From Nemertoderma westbladi (lineage: Eukaryota; Animalia; Xenacoelomorpha), in assembly GCA_032718475.1 (NCBI GenBank), contig JAUCBJ010003667.1, positions 22,272 to 86,271 of the forward strand: a DNA stretch of 64,000 bases, given 5' to 3'. Below are positions 48,159 to 62,000 of the stretch, one piece after another; the first letter of the stretch is position 1, and each line of letters opens with the position of its first letter. Position numbers and translations under genes: made by a program. The notes below the pieces were generated by a model. The model was not told the DNA's origin, ran no database searches, and was given only the letters and a program-made list of their open reading frames with translations.

Positions 48159-49229
48159 ATGACGCTCCGCGTCTGATCGGAGGGGTATTGTAGTAAGAAT
48201 TATTATCTGTAGTAAGAATTTATATTGTACAGTGTAGGACTGTAGGAGTGGTACCGGTACGGTGTTGTATTTGGAATGCTATATTGCTGTATTATGGAGA
48301 TTAATTATTGATATTAATATAGTCGACTAAAATACATTTATATATATTATATTCTTATTAACTGCCGACAGCGGGATTGGGGAAGATTACAACGACATTT
48401 CAAATAAGTAAAATAAAGTCTACGGAGGTGGTTAAACATTGCTAAATAGACATTTTTTAAGGGCTTGATGAATGGGAATAACTGAGAAATTGAAAAATCC
48501 GGCCAGGCCACCAGTAAGAAAAGGTGTCGATCTATCATCATACCAAATTTCGTAGCATTTTATTAAAATTTGAAAAAAAATAGGGGGGGGGGGGGGGGGG
48601 GCTCCGACCCCCTAAAAATTGTTGTTGTATTAAGGGTTATGTTGTGTAATTTGTTTTAGAACAAGCAATATTTAAACAAAATAAAATATTTGGAGTATAA
48701 TGAAAATAATGTTCTACATTATTTACCATGCAATGAATTAATTATTAGTGAAAAACGTACAAACCGCTCGCCGCCGCCGCTCAAAAAGTAGAGTAAGTTC
48801 TAAGAGGGCATTGAGCTGTAGCGGCAATATCGTGGTTATCAGGGACAGCCCCTGTCGATCGCGTGGTGTATCATGGACTTTACAATGTTTCAAAAAAAGT
48901 TAAAACAAAATTAATAGAACTACCGTTAATATTATAAAGTTTTATGGTAGCTATTAGTTATGTATGAATAAAGACCGGTTTACACAACTTCTAGAACATG
49001 CTGGCAGGGGCGACTACACAACACCAAAAATTGTTTTAGAAAAATTTAGATCGGGAATTAACATTAACTCATTAGGATTAGAAGTTGAATCCGGCGATGA
49101 CCTTATAATAATAATAATAATAATGGCTTATTAACGTGCCCCCTTCTAACATTAGTCATGCAGAGGGCACCGTAATCAAATGTATAGTTCTGCACATTAT
49201 TTAAATACAAATACTAAGAGATCACTCAC

Positions 49230-49468
49230 ATCTTTAAGGCCAGTGTCCTTTAAGATGCGTCTCAAGAAAGTCATGGGCTGTCCACCATGCTTAATTTCTC
49301 CATGGGGCCGCCAAAGCACTCGATTGTGCACAGGCTGGTCCTCACGGCGAAAACAGTGTCCTGCAAAGGGGAGGCGGCTTTGTTCAAGTATCAAGCTTTG
49401 GGGGACCAATTAGACATCTCCAATGTTATGTAGTGTCTGATTGGAGATGTGTGCATTGTACTTGACAC
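49230..49468 (-). mobile_element. RTE LINE 3' fragment related to 39290-39530
   Basis: FAGHCFRREDQPVHN…GGQPMTFLRRILKDTGL; nucleotide similarity to the 39170 copy. Confidence 0.8.
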
Positions 49469-49476
49469 TAATCAAC

Positions 49477-49615
49477 CTGGAAAACGGTCACGTCGTCCAC
49501 TTTCTCCAAGGCTCCGATTAGGAGGACATTCAGGGCGACCCGACAGCCATGCTCGGTTATGGCTGCGGAATACTACCGCTGATATGCTCCTTACGACTAC
49601 GGGACGTCTGCAACC
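49477..49615 (+). mobile_element. CRE-clade-like non-LTR RT fragment
   Basis: Translation IQGDPTAMLGYGCGILPLI resembles the QGDPxAMxxY…LPLI motif of animal CRE-type RTs; in-frame stop upstream. Confidence 0.5.
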
Positions 49616-50631
49616 AACCACCATCGCCACCATATACTCCCAGCGCCTGATCTGTCGTTGGCTCTGACAACGCCGGACATGCAAGCTGCAGGTCACCAGT
49701 TCGATCCCACCTGGACGTCATTGCCGACTTTGTTAAGACTGTTATTTCGTTATGGGGATTTTCGACGGCGGTGATTTTATTTCTGATGTAAGTTTTCAGG
49801 TTTGTCTTTCTAGTCCGTCTGTATGACGGAATGTACGTTTTTCTGTTTGCTTGTAAGTCAAAAAAATAATAAAACACAGGACATAAGGTAAAATGATCGC
49901 TATGCTGTGTGTATGGGGGATTTCTAGGTCGGTAATTTCATTTCCGATGTCAATTTTGATATTTGGTGTAACTCAAGAGTTAAAAAAATTAAACCGGTTT
50001 ACTTTTTACCTTTTTTATTATCTGTGTTGAACAGCGTTTGCAGGAGTTGAGGTTAGACATAAACATGTTATTGATTTTCAAACGAATAATTTTTTCGCCA
50101 TTATTTCTCACCCGTTAGTTAGACTGATGAGAATTAAATCCATGCCATATATTTAAGTAAAGGTATAATAATGGTAATAGGTAGGGTTGGTATGTATGTG
50201 ATAATTGGAAAGTAACCTGCCATCGGTTTGGATATAATATTAATATAAACTATAATAATTATTATTAATATATTCCTGATTGCTGATAATAAAATTTATA
50301 ATTATAAGTATAACTATTAATAATACCATGAACTTATATTAATATTATTTAATATACAATGAAAATAATAGATTTGTTTAATTAATAACGATAAATTTGA
50401 AAGAAAACAACATAAAAATTGGCATATCAAGGACTCTAGCACACTGGGGGTATTGACTGCCACTATGGACGCGACAAAGTAAACAATACTGCGAATGCTG
50501 AGACCAAAAATATCATAAATTCAATAACCAATACCAAACAGTAGCTCCTCACGAAACGCTGGTCTTCTCCCATGTAAATAAAAATATTTACTTATATAGT
50601 TTACACTCCCCCCCCCCCCCCTCGCCCCTAC

Positions 50632-50920
50632 CTAGGTAGGGAAGAATTCACACTCATTTCTAGTCCGTTCCAAGTCGTGAATTCGTGAGCGAATGTAAGC
50701 TACGCGTTGGTCTTGCAAGGTGCTTTGTATCTCGGAAACCCGCACCAAGGACCGGGTGAACTTGAGGTCCGCATTTATTTGACTGAGACTGACGCTCATG
50801 GTGCGGTATGCGTTCCGTTGCAGCATGTCTCCGTGTCGTTCTATGAGTTCCGATGGCCACGCAATCACGTGTTGGATGAGCGCAGGTTCGAAGTGTTGCT
50901 CCAAAGACGGCGGTAAAAAC
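50632..50920 (-). CDS. WAC: Terminal coding exon of WAC (WW domain-containing adaptor with coiled-coil)
   Basis: LPPSLEQHFEPALIQHVIAWPSELIER…LKFTRSLVRVSEIQSTLQDQRVAYIRSRIHDLE matches the conserved WAC C-terminal coiled coil. Acceptor TTTTCTGTCTTTCAG ends at 50921 (phase 2). Upstream exons are not in the window. Confidence 0.88.
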
Positions 50921-51254
50921 CTGAAAGACAGAAAACAGTTCAGATTATATACTAATGTAATAAAGTAATCTTTATTATAGAACATCTCCTAGCTAGAGTT
51001 ACTTATTTCAGTGTCCATGACATAACCCCCCCCCCCCCCCCCCAATTTTTTTTAAATAGCAGTCATTGATATGGGATCGAATCGAACGAATTTGAATGAA
51101 TCGATAATCGGAAGAAACATTGAGATTCGATTCGACTTTTTAAATTAAACAAATTGAATTTTATCGTCTGAAAACTGCATTGTTGGCTTGATAATATCCT
51201 AAACTCAATCGAAGCACTAGTAGATGAACCACTGCGAAGTCAATCTATCAATTA

Positions 51255-52135
51255 TTGCCCTCCAAATTTAAAAAACTATCAGCCATTCGCACACAATTTA
51301 ATACATTCTCTGAAAAAAATTTGCAATTTGCAATCACAAACCCGTTCAGTAAAGACGGCAAATCCGCAAACAAACTAAGAACCTATTCGCTATTTAAAAG
51401 CACATTAATACATGAACAATATTTGACCAATATGCCATTTAAAACACGCCAAATATTAACACGGTTTAGAATCAGCAATCACACCTATAGGATAGAGACA
51501 GGTCGTTATGATAAAACCCCCCTGGAAAGTAGATTGTGTAGTGATGAATCAATAGAGGATGAGAAACACATTGTAATTAGGTGCCCCAAATTATATAATC
51601 AACGAGAAAAACTATTTTCAAGCTTAGATACAACGACGAATTTACTTTTAAATAATTTAGACGATAATATGAAATTCTATAGCATAATGAAATGTGATGG
51701 CAGAACAACTAACTTTCTTGTAGAATTGCTCAATACGGCATATGAACTTCTAAATTAATACGAAGTGTACGAACTCCTGAATTAATACGAAGTGTACGAA
51801 CTCCTAATACGAACTTCTAAATTAAAAGAATTTCGATCTCCCTGTAAACCAAATAAGTTCGTAATCCAACTACTCGTAACGAGTGCGGCCCAACTTCCTT
51901 CTCATGTCACTTATTTTATTTTATTCAATTTGCTTTGCATTACAGTAGGTAATTCCGTTTAGATCTGGCTCTCATTGTTTTGTGTATCTGTAGGCCTATT
52001 TAGTACCTATGCTTTATTGGTTGGCCATAAACTCTTAAACATTTATACTGTAGGTATAATTACTGTTCATTACGTATACGTATGTATTGCCATGACCCTT
52101 ATTGGGATAAAGGCCAATCTGAATAATAATAATAA
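51255..52135 (+). mobile_element. LINE 3' end (RTE-X/Crack-like C-terminal Cys/His region) with (AAT)n tail
   Basis: KLRTYSLFK…LTRFRISNHTYRIETGRY…RLC…IEDEKH…CP; tail aataataataat at ~52122-52133. Confidence 0.75.
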
Positions 52136-52494
52136 GAAGATGAGTTGTCTTCTTCTCAAGAGGGGGGAAGAGATCCTCTTTATTTACCATAACTTGATAA
52201 AGTTTGAAATAAATTTCAAATGATTTGAGTTGATATGTTATTTATTGACTTGAGTTGATCTTGATAGCATTATAATATTAAAAACTATTCAGATTAGTTG
52301 TTTGACTCTTTCAGAATATCGAGTAAACTTGTCGTGATGTCCTGGCGATATTTTTGGCAGCTGAGAATTAAATTAAAATTATTTTTAAAAGAAAAGGTGA
52401 CCGGATTACCCGATGGCAGATTTTGCCCAAAATCCGCCGGATATCCGGTGCACCCCTACATAAAGCTGATAATTAAATATTTTTTTAATTTGGT

Positions 52495-52830
52495 TGACGT
52501 CTACCCGGTGTTCAGTTGGCACACCGATGTCTCCTTTCTTATGGAGAGGCTTTAGTTGACCTTTAGTCTAAATTGGTGGTGGCTTTTCCCCTTTCAGCCC
52601 CCTGTTTCTATAGGTAGCGTCTTGTCATATGTTTTCCTTGTAGGGCTAACCTCGATGTACTTTGGTGGCTGCCCCAGCAAGTTGCAGAAGTGGTCTTTCC
52701 ATCTCCCAACACTTTCTTCAGGACTGTCAGCTTTTAGGCGCCCCTTAGTAAAAGTTTTCCAACCAGATACCTAATTTACAGTTTGCCAGGTAAATCTTGA
52801 TTGTTGTTGCTGTTGAATACTTTCAACAGC
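52495..52830 (-). mobile_element. RTE-like LINE internal fragment
   Basis: Minus-strand TWQTVN…SG…WKDHFCNLLGQPP resembles the linker between endonuclease and RT in RTE elements. Confidence 0.55.
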
Positions 52831-53137
52831 GACATACAAAAATGACAGATACAGAGACAGAAGTGTAACTGTAATGTCATCAGAAAGCCCCAAAAGATTT
52901 CCCGTCCAACCAGCTATTGCAACATCGCCGCCAGTCGGTAGAAAGTAAGATTGGGGCCAAATTACTTCATAAACCCTGTAGAAACTTAGGAAAGTTAGAA
53001 ACTTGGCATATTTGTCTAATTTTAATCAACGGCCTGTAGTTTGATTACCGGGTTCGGTTAAGGTACATATGATTATTTTACTTTACACCAAAATTTTATT
53101 TAAGATTTCATTAAGATTAAATTTTCCAAATATGATT

Positions 53138-56100
53138 TATAACTTACCTGACTTATCTTAGCGGCCTATTGCCCTGTATAACCAGACTTCTTTTAGTGGC
53201 CTATTGCCCTGTATAACTTACCTGCCTTCTCTTAGCCAGCCTATTGCCCTGTATAACTTACCTGACTTCTCTTAGCGGCCTATTGCCCTGTATAACCAGA
53301 CTTCTTTTAGTGGCCTATTGCCCTGAATAACATACCAGACTTCTCTTAGTGGCCTATTGGCCTGTATAACTTACCTGACTTCTCTTAGCGGCCTATTGCC
53401 CTGTATAACGTACCAGACTTCTCTTAGCGGCCTATTGCCCTGTATAACTTACCAGACTTCTCTTAGTGGCCTATTGCCCTGTATAACTTACCTGACTTCT
53501 CTTAGCGGCCTATTGCCCTGTATAACGTACCAGACTTCTCTTAGCGGCCTATTGCCCTGTATAACTTACCTGACTGATCTTAGTGGCCTATTGCCCTGGA
53601 TAACTTACATGACTGATCTTAGTGGCCTATTGCCCTGTATAACTTACCTGACTGATCTTAGTGGCCTATTGCCCTGTATAACTTACCAGACTTCTATTAG
53701 CGGCCTATTGCCCTGTATAACTTACCTGACTGATCTTAGTGGCCTATTGCCCTGGATAACTTACATGACTGATCTTAGTGGCCTATTGCCCTGTATAACT
53801 TTCCAGACTTATCTTAGTGGCCTATTGCCCTGTACATCTTACCAGACTTCTCTTAGTGGCCTATTGCCCTGTATAACGTACCTGACTTCTCTTAGCGGCC
53901 TATTGCCCTGTATAACTTACCAGACTTCTCTTAGCGGCCTATTGCCCTGTATAACTTACCTGACTGATCTTAGTGGCCTATTGCCCTGGATAACTTACAT
54001 GACAGATCTTAGTGGCCTATTGCCCTGTATAACTTACCTGACTGATCTTAGTGGCCTATTGCCATGTATAACTTACCAGACTTCTTTTAGCCGGCCTATT
54101 GCCCTGTATAACCAGACTTCTTTTAGTGGCCTATTGCCATGTATAACTTACCAGACTTCTCTTAATGGCCTATTGCCCTGGATAACTTACATGACTGATC
54201 TTAGTGGCCTATTGCCCTGTATAACTTACCTGACTGATCTTAGTGGCCTATTGCCCTGTATAACTTACCAGACTTCTTTTAGCCGGCATATTGCCCTGTA
54301 TAACTTACCTGACTTCTCTTAGCGGCCTATTGCCCTGTATAACTTACCAGACTTCTCTTAGCGGCCTATTGCCCTGTATAACTTACCTGACTGATCTTAG
54401 TGGCCTATTGCCCTGGATAACTTACATGACTGATCTTAGTGGCCTATTGCCCTGTATAACTTACCTGAGTGATCTTAGTGGCCTATTGCCCTGTATAACT
54501 TACCAGACTTCTTTTAGCCGGCCTATTGCCCTGTATAACCAGACTTCTTTTAGTGGCCTATTGCCCTGTATAACTTACCAGACTTCTCTTAGTGGCCTAT
54601 TGCCCTGTATAACTTACCTGGTTGATCTTAGTGGCCTATTGCCCTGTATAACTTACCAGACTTCTTTTAGCCGGCCTATTGCCCTGTATAACCAGACTTC
54701 TTTTAGTGGCCTATTGCCCTGTATAACTTATCTGACTTCTCTTAGACGGCCTATTGCCATGTATAACTTACCAGACTTTCATTTAGTGGCCTATTGCCCT
54801 ATATAACTTACCAGACTTCTTTTAGTGGCCTATTGCCCTGTATAACTTACCTGACTGATCTTAGTGGCCTATTGCCCTGTATAACTTACCTGACTGATCT
54901 TAGTGGCCTATTGCCTTGTATAACTTACCAGACTTCTCTTAGTGGCCTATTGCCCTGTATAACTTACCAGACTTCTCTTAGTGGCCTATTGCCCTGTATA
55001 AATTACCAGACTTCTCTTAGTGGCATATTGCCCTGTATAACTAACTTACCAGACTTATCTTAGTGGCCTATTGCCCTGTATAACTTACCTGACTTATCTT
55101 AGTGGCCTATTGCCCTGTATAACTTACGAGACTTCTCTTAGTGGCCTATTGCCCTGTATAGGGTAACTTACCTGACTGATCTTAGTGGCCTATTGCCCTG
55201 TATAACTTACCAGACTTATCTTAGTGGCCTATTGCCCTGTATAACTTACCAGACTTCTTTTAGTGGCCTATTGCCCTGTATAACTTGCCTGCCTTCTCTT
55301 AGCCAGCCTATTGCCCTGTATAACTTACCAGACTTCTCTTAGTGGCCTATTGCCATGTATAACTTACCAGACTTCTTTTAGTGGCCTATTGCCCTGTATA
55401 ACTTACCTGACTTATCTTAGTGGCCTATTAATTGCCCTGTATAACTTACCACACTTATTTTAGTGGCCTATTGCCCTGTATAACTTACCAGACTTCTTTT
55501 AGTGGCCTATTGCCCTGTATAACTTACCAGACTTATCTTAGTGGCCTATTGCCATGTATAACTTACCAGACTTCTTTTAGTGGCATATTGCCCTGTATAA
55601 CTTACCAGACTCCTCTTAGTGGCATATTGCCCTGTATAACTTACCTGACTTCTCTTAGTGGCATAATGCCCTGTATAACTTACCTGACTTCTCTTAGTGG
55701 CCTATTGCCCGGTATAACTTACCAGACTTCTCTTAGTGGCCTATTGCCCTGTATAACTTACCAGACTTCTTTTAGTGGCCTATTGCCCTGTATAACTTAC
55801 CAGACTTTTCTTAGTGGCCTATTGCCCTGTATAACTTACCCGACTTATCTTAGTGGCCTATTGCCCTGTATAACTTACCTGAATTCTCTTAGTGGCCTAT
55901 TGCCCTGTATAACTTACCAGACTTATTTTAGTGGCCTATTGCCCTGTATAACTTACCAGACTTCTCTTAGTGGCCTATTGCTCTGTATAACTTACCTGAC
56001 TTCTCTTAGTGGCCAATTGCCCTGTATAACTTACCTGACTTCTCTTAGTGGCCTATTGCCCTGTATAACTTACCAGACTCCTTTTAGTGGCCTATTGCCC

Positions 56101-59064
56101 TGTATAACTTACCAGACTTCTCTTAGTGGCCTATTGCCCTGTATAACTTACCAGACTTCTCTTAGCGGCCTATTGCCCTGTATAACTTACCTGAATTCTC
56201 TTAGTGGCCTATTGCCCTGTATAACTTACCAGACTTCTTTTAGTGGCCTATTGCCCTCTATAACTTACCAGACTTATCTTAGTGGCCTATTGCCCTGTAT
56301 AACTTACCTGACTTCTCTTAGTGGCCAATTGCCCTATATAACTTACCTGACTTATCTTAGTGGCCTATTGCCATGTATAACTTACCAGACTTCTTTTAGT
56401 GGCCTATTGCCCTGTATAACTTACCAGACTTCTCTTAGTGGCCTATTGCCATGTATAACTTACCAGAATTCTCTTAGCGGCCTATTGCCCTGTATAACTT
56501 ACCTGACTTATCTTAGTGGCCTATTGCCATGTATAACTTACCAGACTTCTTTTAGTGGCCTATTGCCCTGTATAACTTACCAGACTTCTCTTAGTGGCCT
56601 ATTGCCCTGTATAACTTACCAGAATTCTCTTAGTGGCCTATTGCCCTGTACGAGACTTCTTTTAGTGGCCTTGCCCTGTATAACTTAGCAGACTTCTCTT
56701 AGTGGCCTATTGCCCTGTATAACTTACCCGACTTATCTTAGTGGCCTATTGCCCTGTATAACTTACCTGAATTCTCTTAGTGGCCTATTGCCCTGTATAA
56801 CTTACCAGACTTCTTTTAGTGGCCTATTGCCCTGTATAACTTACCAGACTTCTCTTAGTGGCCTATTGCCCTGTATAACTTACCTGACTTCTCTTAGTAG
56901 CCAATTGCCCTGTATAACTTACCTGACTTCTCTTAGTGGCCTATTGCCCTGTATAACTTACCAGACTCCTTTTAGTGGCCTATTGCCCTGTATAACTTAC
57001 CAGACTTCTCTTAGTGGCCTATTGCCCTGTATAACTTATCAGACTTCTCTTAGCGGCCTATTGCCCTGTATAACTTACCTGAATTCTCTTAGTGGCCTAT
57101 TGCCCTGTATAACTTACCAGACTTCTTTTAGTGGCCTATTGCCCTGTATAACTTACCAGACTTCTCTTAGTGGCCTATTGCCCTGTATAACTTACCTGAC
57201 TTCTCTTAGTGGCCAATTGCCCTATATAACTTACCTGACTTATCTTAGTGGCCTATTGCCATGTATAACTTACCAGACTTCTTTTAGTGGCCTATTGCCC
57301 TGTATAACTTACCAGACTTCTCTTAGTGGCCTATTGCCATGTATAACTTACCAGAATTATCTTAGCGGCCTATTGCCCTGTATAACTTACCTGACTTATC
57401 TTAGTGGCCTATTGCCATGTATAACTTACCAGACTTCTTTTAGTGGCCTATTGCCCTGTATAACTTACCAGACTTCTCTTAGTGGCATATTGCCCTGTAT
57501 AACTTACCAGAATTATCTTAGTGGCCTATTGCCCTGTACGAGACTTCTTTTAGTGGCCTTGCCCTGTATAACTTAGCAGACTTCTCTTAGTGGCCTATTG
57601 CCCTGTATAACTTACCAGACTTCTTTTAGTGGCCTATTGCCCTGTATAACTTACCTGACTTATCTTAGTGGCATATTAATTGCCCTGTATAACTTACCAG
57701 ACTTCTCTTAGTGGCCTATTGCCCTGTATAACTTACCTGACTTCTCTTAGTGGCCAATTGCCCTATATAACTTACCTGACTTATCTTAGTGGCCTATTGC
57801 CCTGTATAACCAGACTTCTTTTAGTGGCCTATTACCCTGAATAACATACCAGACTTCTCTTAGTGGCCTATTGGCCTGTATAACTTACCTGACTTCTCTT
57901 AGCGGCCTATTGCCCTGTATAACGTACCAGACTTCTCTTAGCGGCCTATTGCCCTGTATAACTTACCAGACTTCTCTTAGTGGCCTATTGCCCTGTATAA
58001 CTTACCTGACTTCTCTTAGCGGCCTATTGCCCTGTATAACGTACCAGACTTCTCTTAGCGGCCTATTGCCCTGTATAACTTACCAGACTTCTCTTAGTGG
58101 CCTATTGCCCTGTATAACTTACCTGACTTCTCTTAGCGGCCTATTGCCCTGTATAACGTACCAGACTTCTCTTAGCGGCCTATTGCCCTGTATAACTTAC
58201 CTGACTGATCTTAGTGGCCTATTGCCCTGGATAACTTACATGACTGATCTTAGTGGCCTATTGCCCTGTATAACTTACCTGACTGATCTTAGTGGCCTAT
58301 TGCCCTGTATAACTTACCAGACTTCTCTTAGCGGCCTATTGCCCTGTATAACTTACCTGACTGATCTTAGTGGCCTATTGCCCTGGATAACTTACATGAC
58401 TGATCTTAGTGGCCTATTGCCCTGTATAACTTTCCAGACTTATCTTAGTGGCCTATTGCCCTGTACATCTTACCAGACTTCTCTTAGTGGCCTATTGCCC
58501 TGTATAACGTACCTGACTTCTCTTAGCGGCCTATTGCCCTGTATAACTTACCAGACTTCTCTTAGCGGCCTATTGCCCTGTATAACTTACCTGACTGATC
58601 TTAGTGGCCTATTGCCCTGGATAACTTACATGACAGATCTTAGTGGCCTATTGCCCTGTATAACTTACCTGACTGATCTTAGTGGCCTATTGCCATGTAT
58701 AACTTACCAGACTTCTTTTAGCCGGCCTATTGCCCTGTATAACTTACCTGACTTCTCTTAGTGGCCAATTGCCCTATATAACTTACCTGACTTATCTTAG
58801 TGGCCTATTGCCATGTATAACTTACCAGACTTCTTTTAGTGGCCTATTGCCCTGTATAACTTACCAGACTTCTCTTAGTGGCCTATTGCCATGTATAACT
58901 TACCAGAATTATCTTAGCGGCCTATTGCCCTGTATAACTTACCTGACTTATCTTAGTGGCCTATTGCCATGTATAACTTACCAGACTTCTTTTAGTGGCC
59001 TATTGCCCTGTATAACTTACCAGACTTCTCTTAGTGGCCTATTGCCCTGTATAACTTACCAGAA
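53138..59064. repeat. 39-bp minisatellite array (~150 units) with higher-order block duplications
   Basis: Consensus ttagtggcctattgccctgtataacttaccagacttctc. Variant blocks recur at offsets of ~888 bp (56688 vs 57576) and ~4.5 kb (53357 vs 57871). Confidence 0.97.
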
Positions 59065-59069
59065 TGAGA

Positions 59070-62000
59070 ACACGAGAAAGTACATTATTGTATTATACAT
59101 CTCTATTAGATATACAAAAACCGTCTTTTATATATGAGTGAAGGCGATGCTATCAGCAGGGCTCCTATCCCACCGGTGCTCAACAAAATAAAAACGCAGA
59201 GGGGTCAAATTAACGTAGCGTATTTTAAGAGAGAGGGGGTGGGGGGGGGGGGGGGGAGATCGGGACATTTATTGTATATTGAAAATTTTCAAATTTTTTA
59301 TGATCATGTCCTGCGCCGAAATTGATGGAGATTTCAAATATACAAGCATTTTTTAAATTGTGTAAGGTAAGGACATTTCATCAGAAAGGATCCCAAGGTA
59401 AATAAATATATAAATAAAATTGCCAAAAAAGGGTTGTTTTATTAGGTATGTTTTTTATTAGGTATGTTTTTGGAATAATGAAATATTTCATTCAATTACA
59501 ATCATTTTTGACAAAAAAAATTATTAACAATTTTCTTAATTGCTTCTTAATAATTTACTATTTCTTAAACAATTCTGACTGAAATCAGTTGAAATTTGTG
59601 TATGAAATGGCCGAAGCTCAATTTCAATCAACATTGCTTGATGGCACTAGATCAAGGCTTGCACTGGATGTACTACTACTACTAGGATCGGCATGCTGCC
59701 TTGCAGCTTCATTTTTAAAAATGCTGTGCCGGCTTGTCGACAAAATTACGCCGCCACAACTCCCTATCACCCATGACATTTGCTAGATCATCCGTATCTT
59801 CAAGGCCAGTGTCCTTTAAGATGCGTCTCAAGAAAGTCATGGGCTGTCCACCATGCTTATACACTCCATGAGGCTGCCAAAGCACAAGATTATGCACTGG
59901 CTGGTCCTCACGGCGAAAGCAATGTCCTGCAAAGCGGAGGCGATTTTGTTCTAGTGTCAAGCTTGGGGGAACCAATGAGACACCTCCAAATTTATATAGT
60001 GTCTGGTTGGAGATGTGTGCATTGTACTTGACACAATGAATCCGGCGTAGCATTCTTATGAATGTGCCATCCAGAGATTTGGTGTCCTCGAACAGTTAGA
60101 GACCAGCATGGACTCCCATAGAGGAGTACTGGAACTACTGATGCTCTAAATAATCGGACCTTTAATTCTCGGTGACTTCCAAATCCTGGAAAGCCTATTC
60201 AAGGCTGCCCATGCCTTTCCCTTACGTATTCGAAGGTCCTCACCTGACTTCCGGATCCATGATCCCAGGTAACAGAAGTCGTCCACATGCTCAAGCATAC
60301 CATCCTTTGAGCTTATGCTAATCCGATCAGAGACTTGCTGAGGATTTTCAAAGTTAACTGTCAAAATGTTGGTCTTTCTGGATTAATAAAAAGACCAACA
60401 CTAGAAGCAGCATGTTCAAATTTGCAGCCGTCGGGCTCCCTCTAGTGATTCTGAGAGTACTCATAAGTCATCAGCAAAGTCTAGATCAGTTAGGTACTTG
60501 GCTGGATTCTGGAGCCAGTAGGTGGAGTTATCATCACCCCATCATCATTATGATGATCTAAGGACATGCGTAGAACATGCTGCAGAACAACAGCAACTGG
60601 ATGTAACAATAATTTCAACCGAATCATCAAAAAATTTAACACTGAATAAATACAATATTATACAATATATTATAATAATATTATAATATATTATACAATA
60701 ATTTGATTAAATCGCCACAGCTATAATTTCAGTTACAACTTACAAGGTTTATAAATTTCAAGGTTATTAAATGGAAAAATCTTATAATAACGCAATTTTC
60801 ATGGTATTTGCTCAATAATAGTCGAATAACGCAAAAATTTGGAAATAGCGCGACGCGTTAAAATAACGCAGTAGTGGGAGTTCTGGCTATCGGTTTGTGA
60901 TAAACTAGTTGTAAAAACAGAGATCCACTACAGTTTGCCCTTACACACTTGAACTGTCATTTGTAACCCTTCTAACTTGGGCTATTTATGTTAAGTATGA
61001 CATTTTTAGTTTTACAATACTCTTCTCCTTCACTAGCCTCGTTGCGCTCGTCCTGTTTTGTCTTAAAATAATTTTCCTAAACGGAGACTAACGACCTTTA
61101 TAACTATGCAAAGTCTCGAAACTGTCAGAGTAACTGCTGATTCATGGCAGAGGGATACTCGTATCCACTGTAAACTCGTTGCATTCGTTCCTTTTTTTAA
61201 CAAACTTCCGATTCTTTCTAAACTTTTACCGGACTACATACGAACCAAGTTTCGTTTAATTTCATCAAGGAATAACCAAGTTATTAGCGATAAAATATTT
61301 ACGACGACGACAGAAAACTCGTTAATGGCACCCATATGCTAGGCTTCGCGCACATCGTGGCTCGCCCCACACCTTGGGTATGGCCATGAGTACCCATCGA
61401 TTTTTTATTTTTTTCGGCTAGAGTTACGTATGCAGTCGCATTTGACATTTTGATATTAATTAATGAAATTATGTACTTTTTGCATAGTAATATCACCACT
61501 GACTTTATTGCAACATTCATGACCCACTATAGTAGGTCATGCAACATTTTTCACAAAAAATATTGTGTTCTAGAACATTAGCTAATTGACAAGCTAGTCA
61601 TTTTTCCAAACATGATTTATTATATAGGCCTACTGTATTAAATTTTTTTTTGAAATTTCTAAAAATACCGGTACTGCAATTTTGTGTGTATTAGAACAAT
61701 AGAATCTAATGTAGAACATTAGTAGATATGTTTTTATGGTAGCTAGTGTTTTTTTACTCGCTACAGTAGTATTTTTTGTGATTATAAAAAATGTGAAAAC
61801 ATTGATATTTCAGGTTTAAACTATTGCAGAATTAATGACCAAAAATATTGATAATATTTTATCAGTTTACAATTTTTGCATGGTAACAATGATTTATGTT
61901 ATAAAGATGTAGCCTAGTTTTTTTTAATTACTAGCCATTTTAAATTTTAAAAATGACTAGTTATATGTTCAACAACATTATATTTTTTTTTTTATTTATG

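Larger units (their letters stand above)
43491..48391 (+). mobile_element. Full-length young Ty3/Gypsy LTR retrotransposon (CsRN1/Kabuki-like), 4901 bp
   Basis: 203-bp LTRs TG…CA at 43491-43693 and 48189-48391, apparently identical. 5-bp TSD acgac. PBS TGGTGACCCGGACG (tRNA-Trp-like) at 43696. PPT ggagggg at ~48179. Confidence 0.97.
43003..48650. mobile_element. Palindromic (foldback) MITE interrupted by the Gypsy insertion
   Basis: Left arm 43003-43315 is the reverse complement of 43433-43490 plus 48397-48650, with some mismatches. Confidence 0.8.

Noticed and set aside
41012-49104. Single large Helentron-like element (aggtcatg / gatgacct ends, many ttctagaac motifs)
   Set aside because: The terminal match is only 7 bp and the boundaries cannot be fixed from this window.
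49655-49720. tRNA gene
   Set aside because: Only a B-box-like motif; no convincing cloverleaf or acceptor stem.
53357-59137. Long ORFs of repeated SGLLPCITYQTSL
   Set aside because: By-product of a 39-bp unit with one stop-free frame. They have non-ATG starts, frequent frameshifts and no unique domain.
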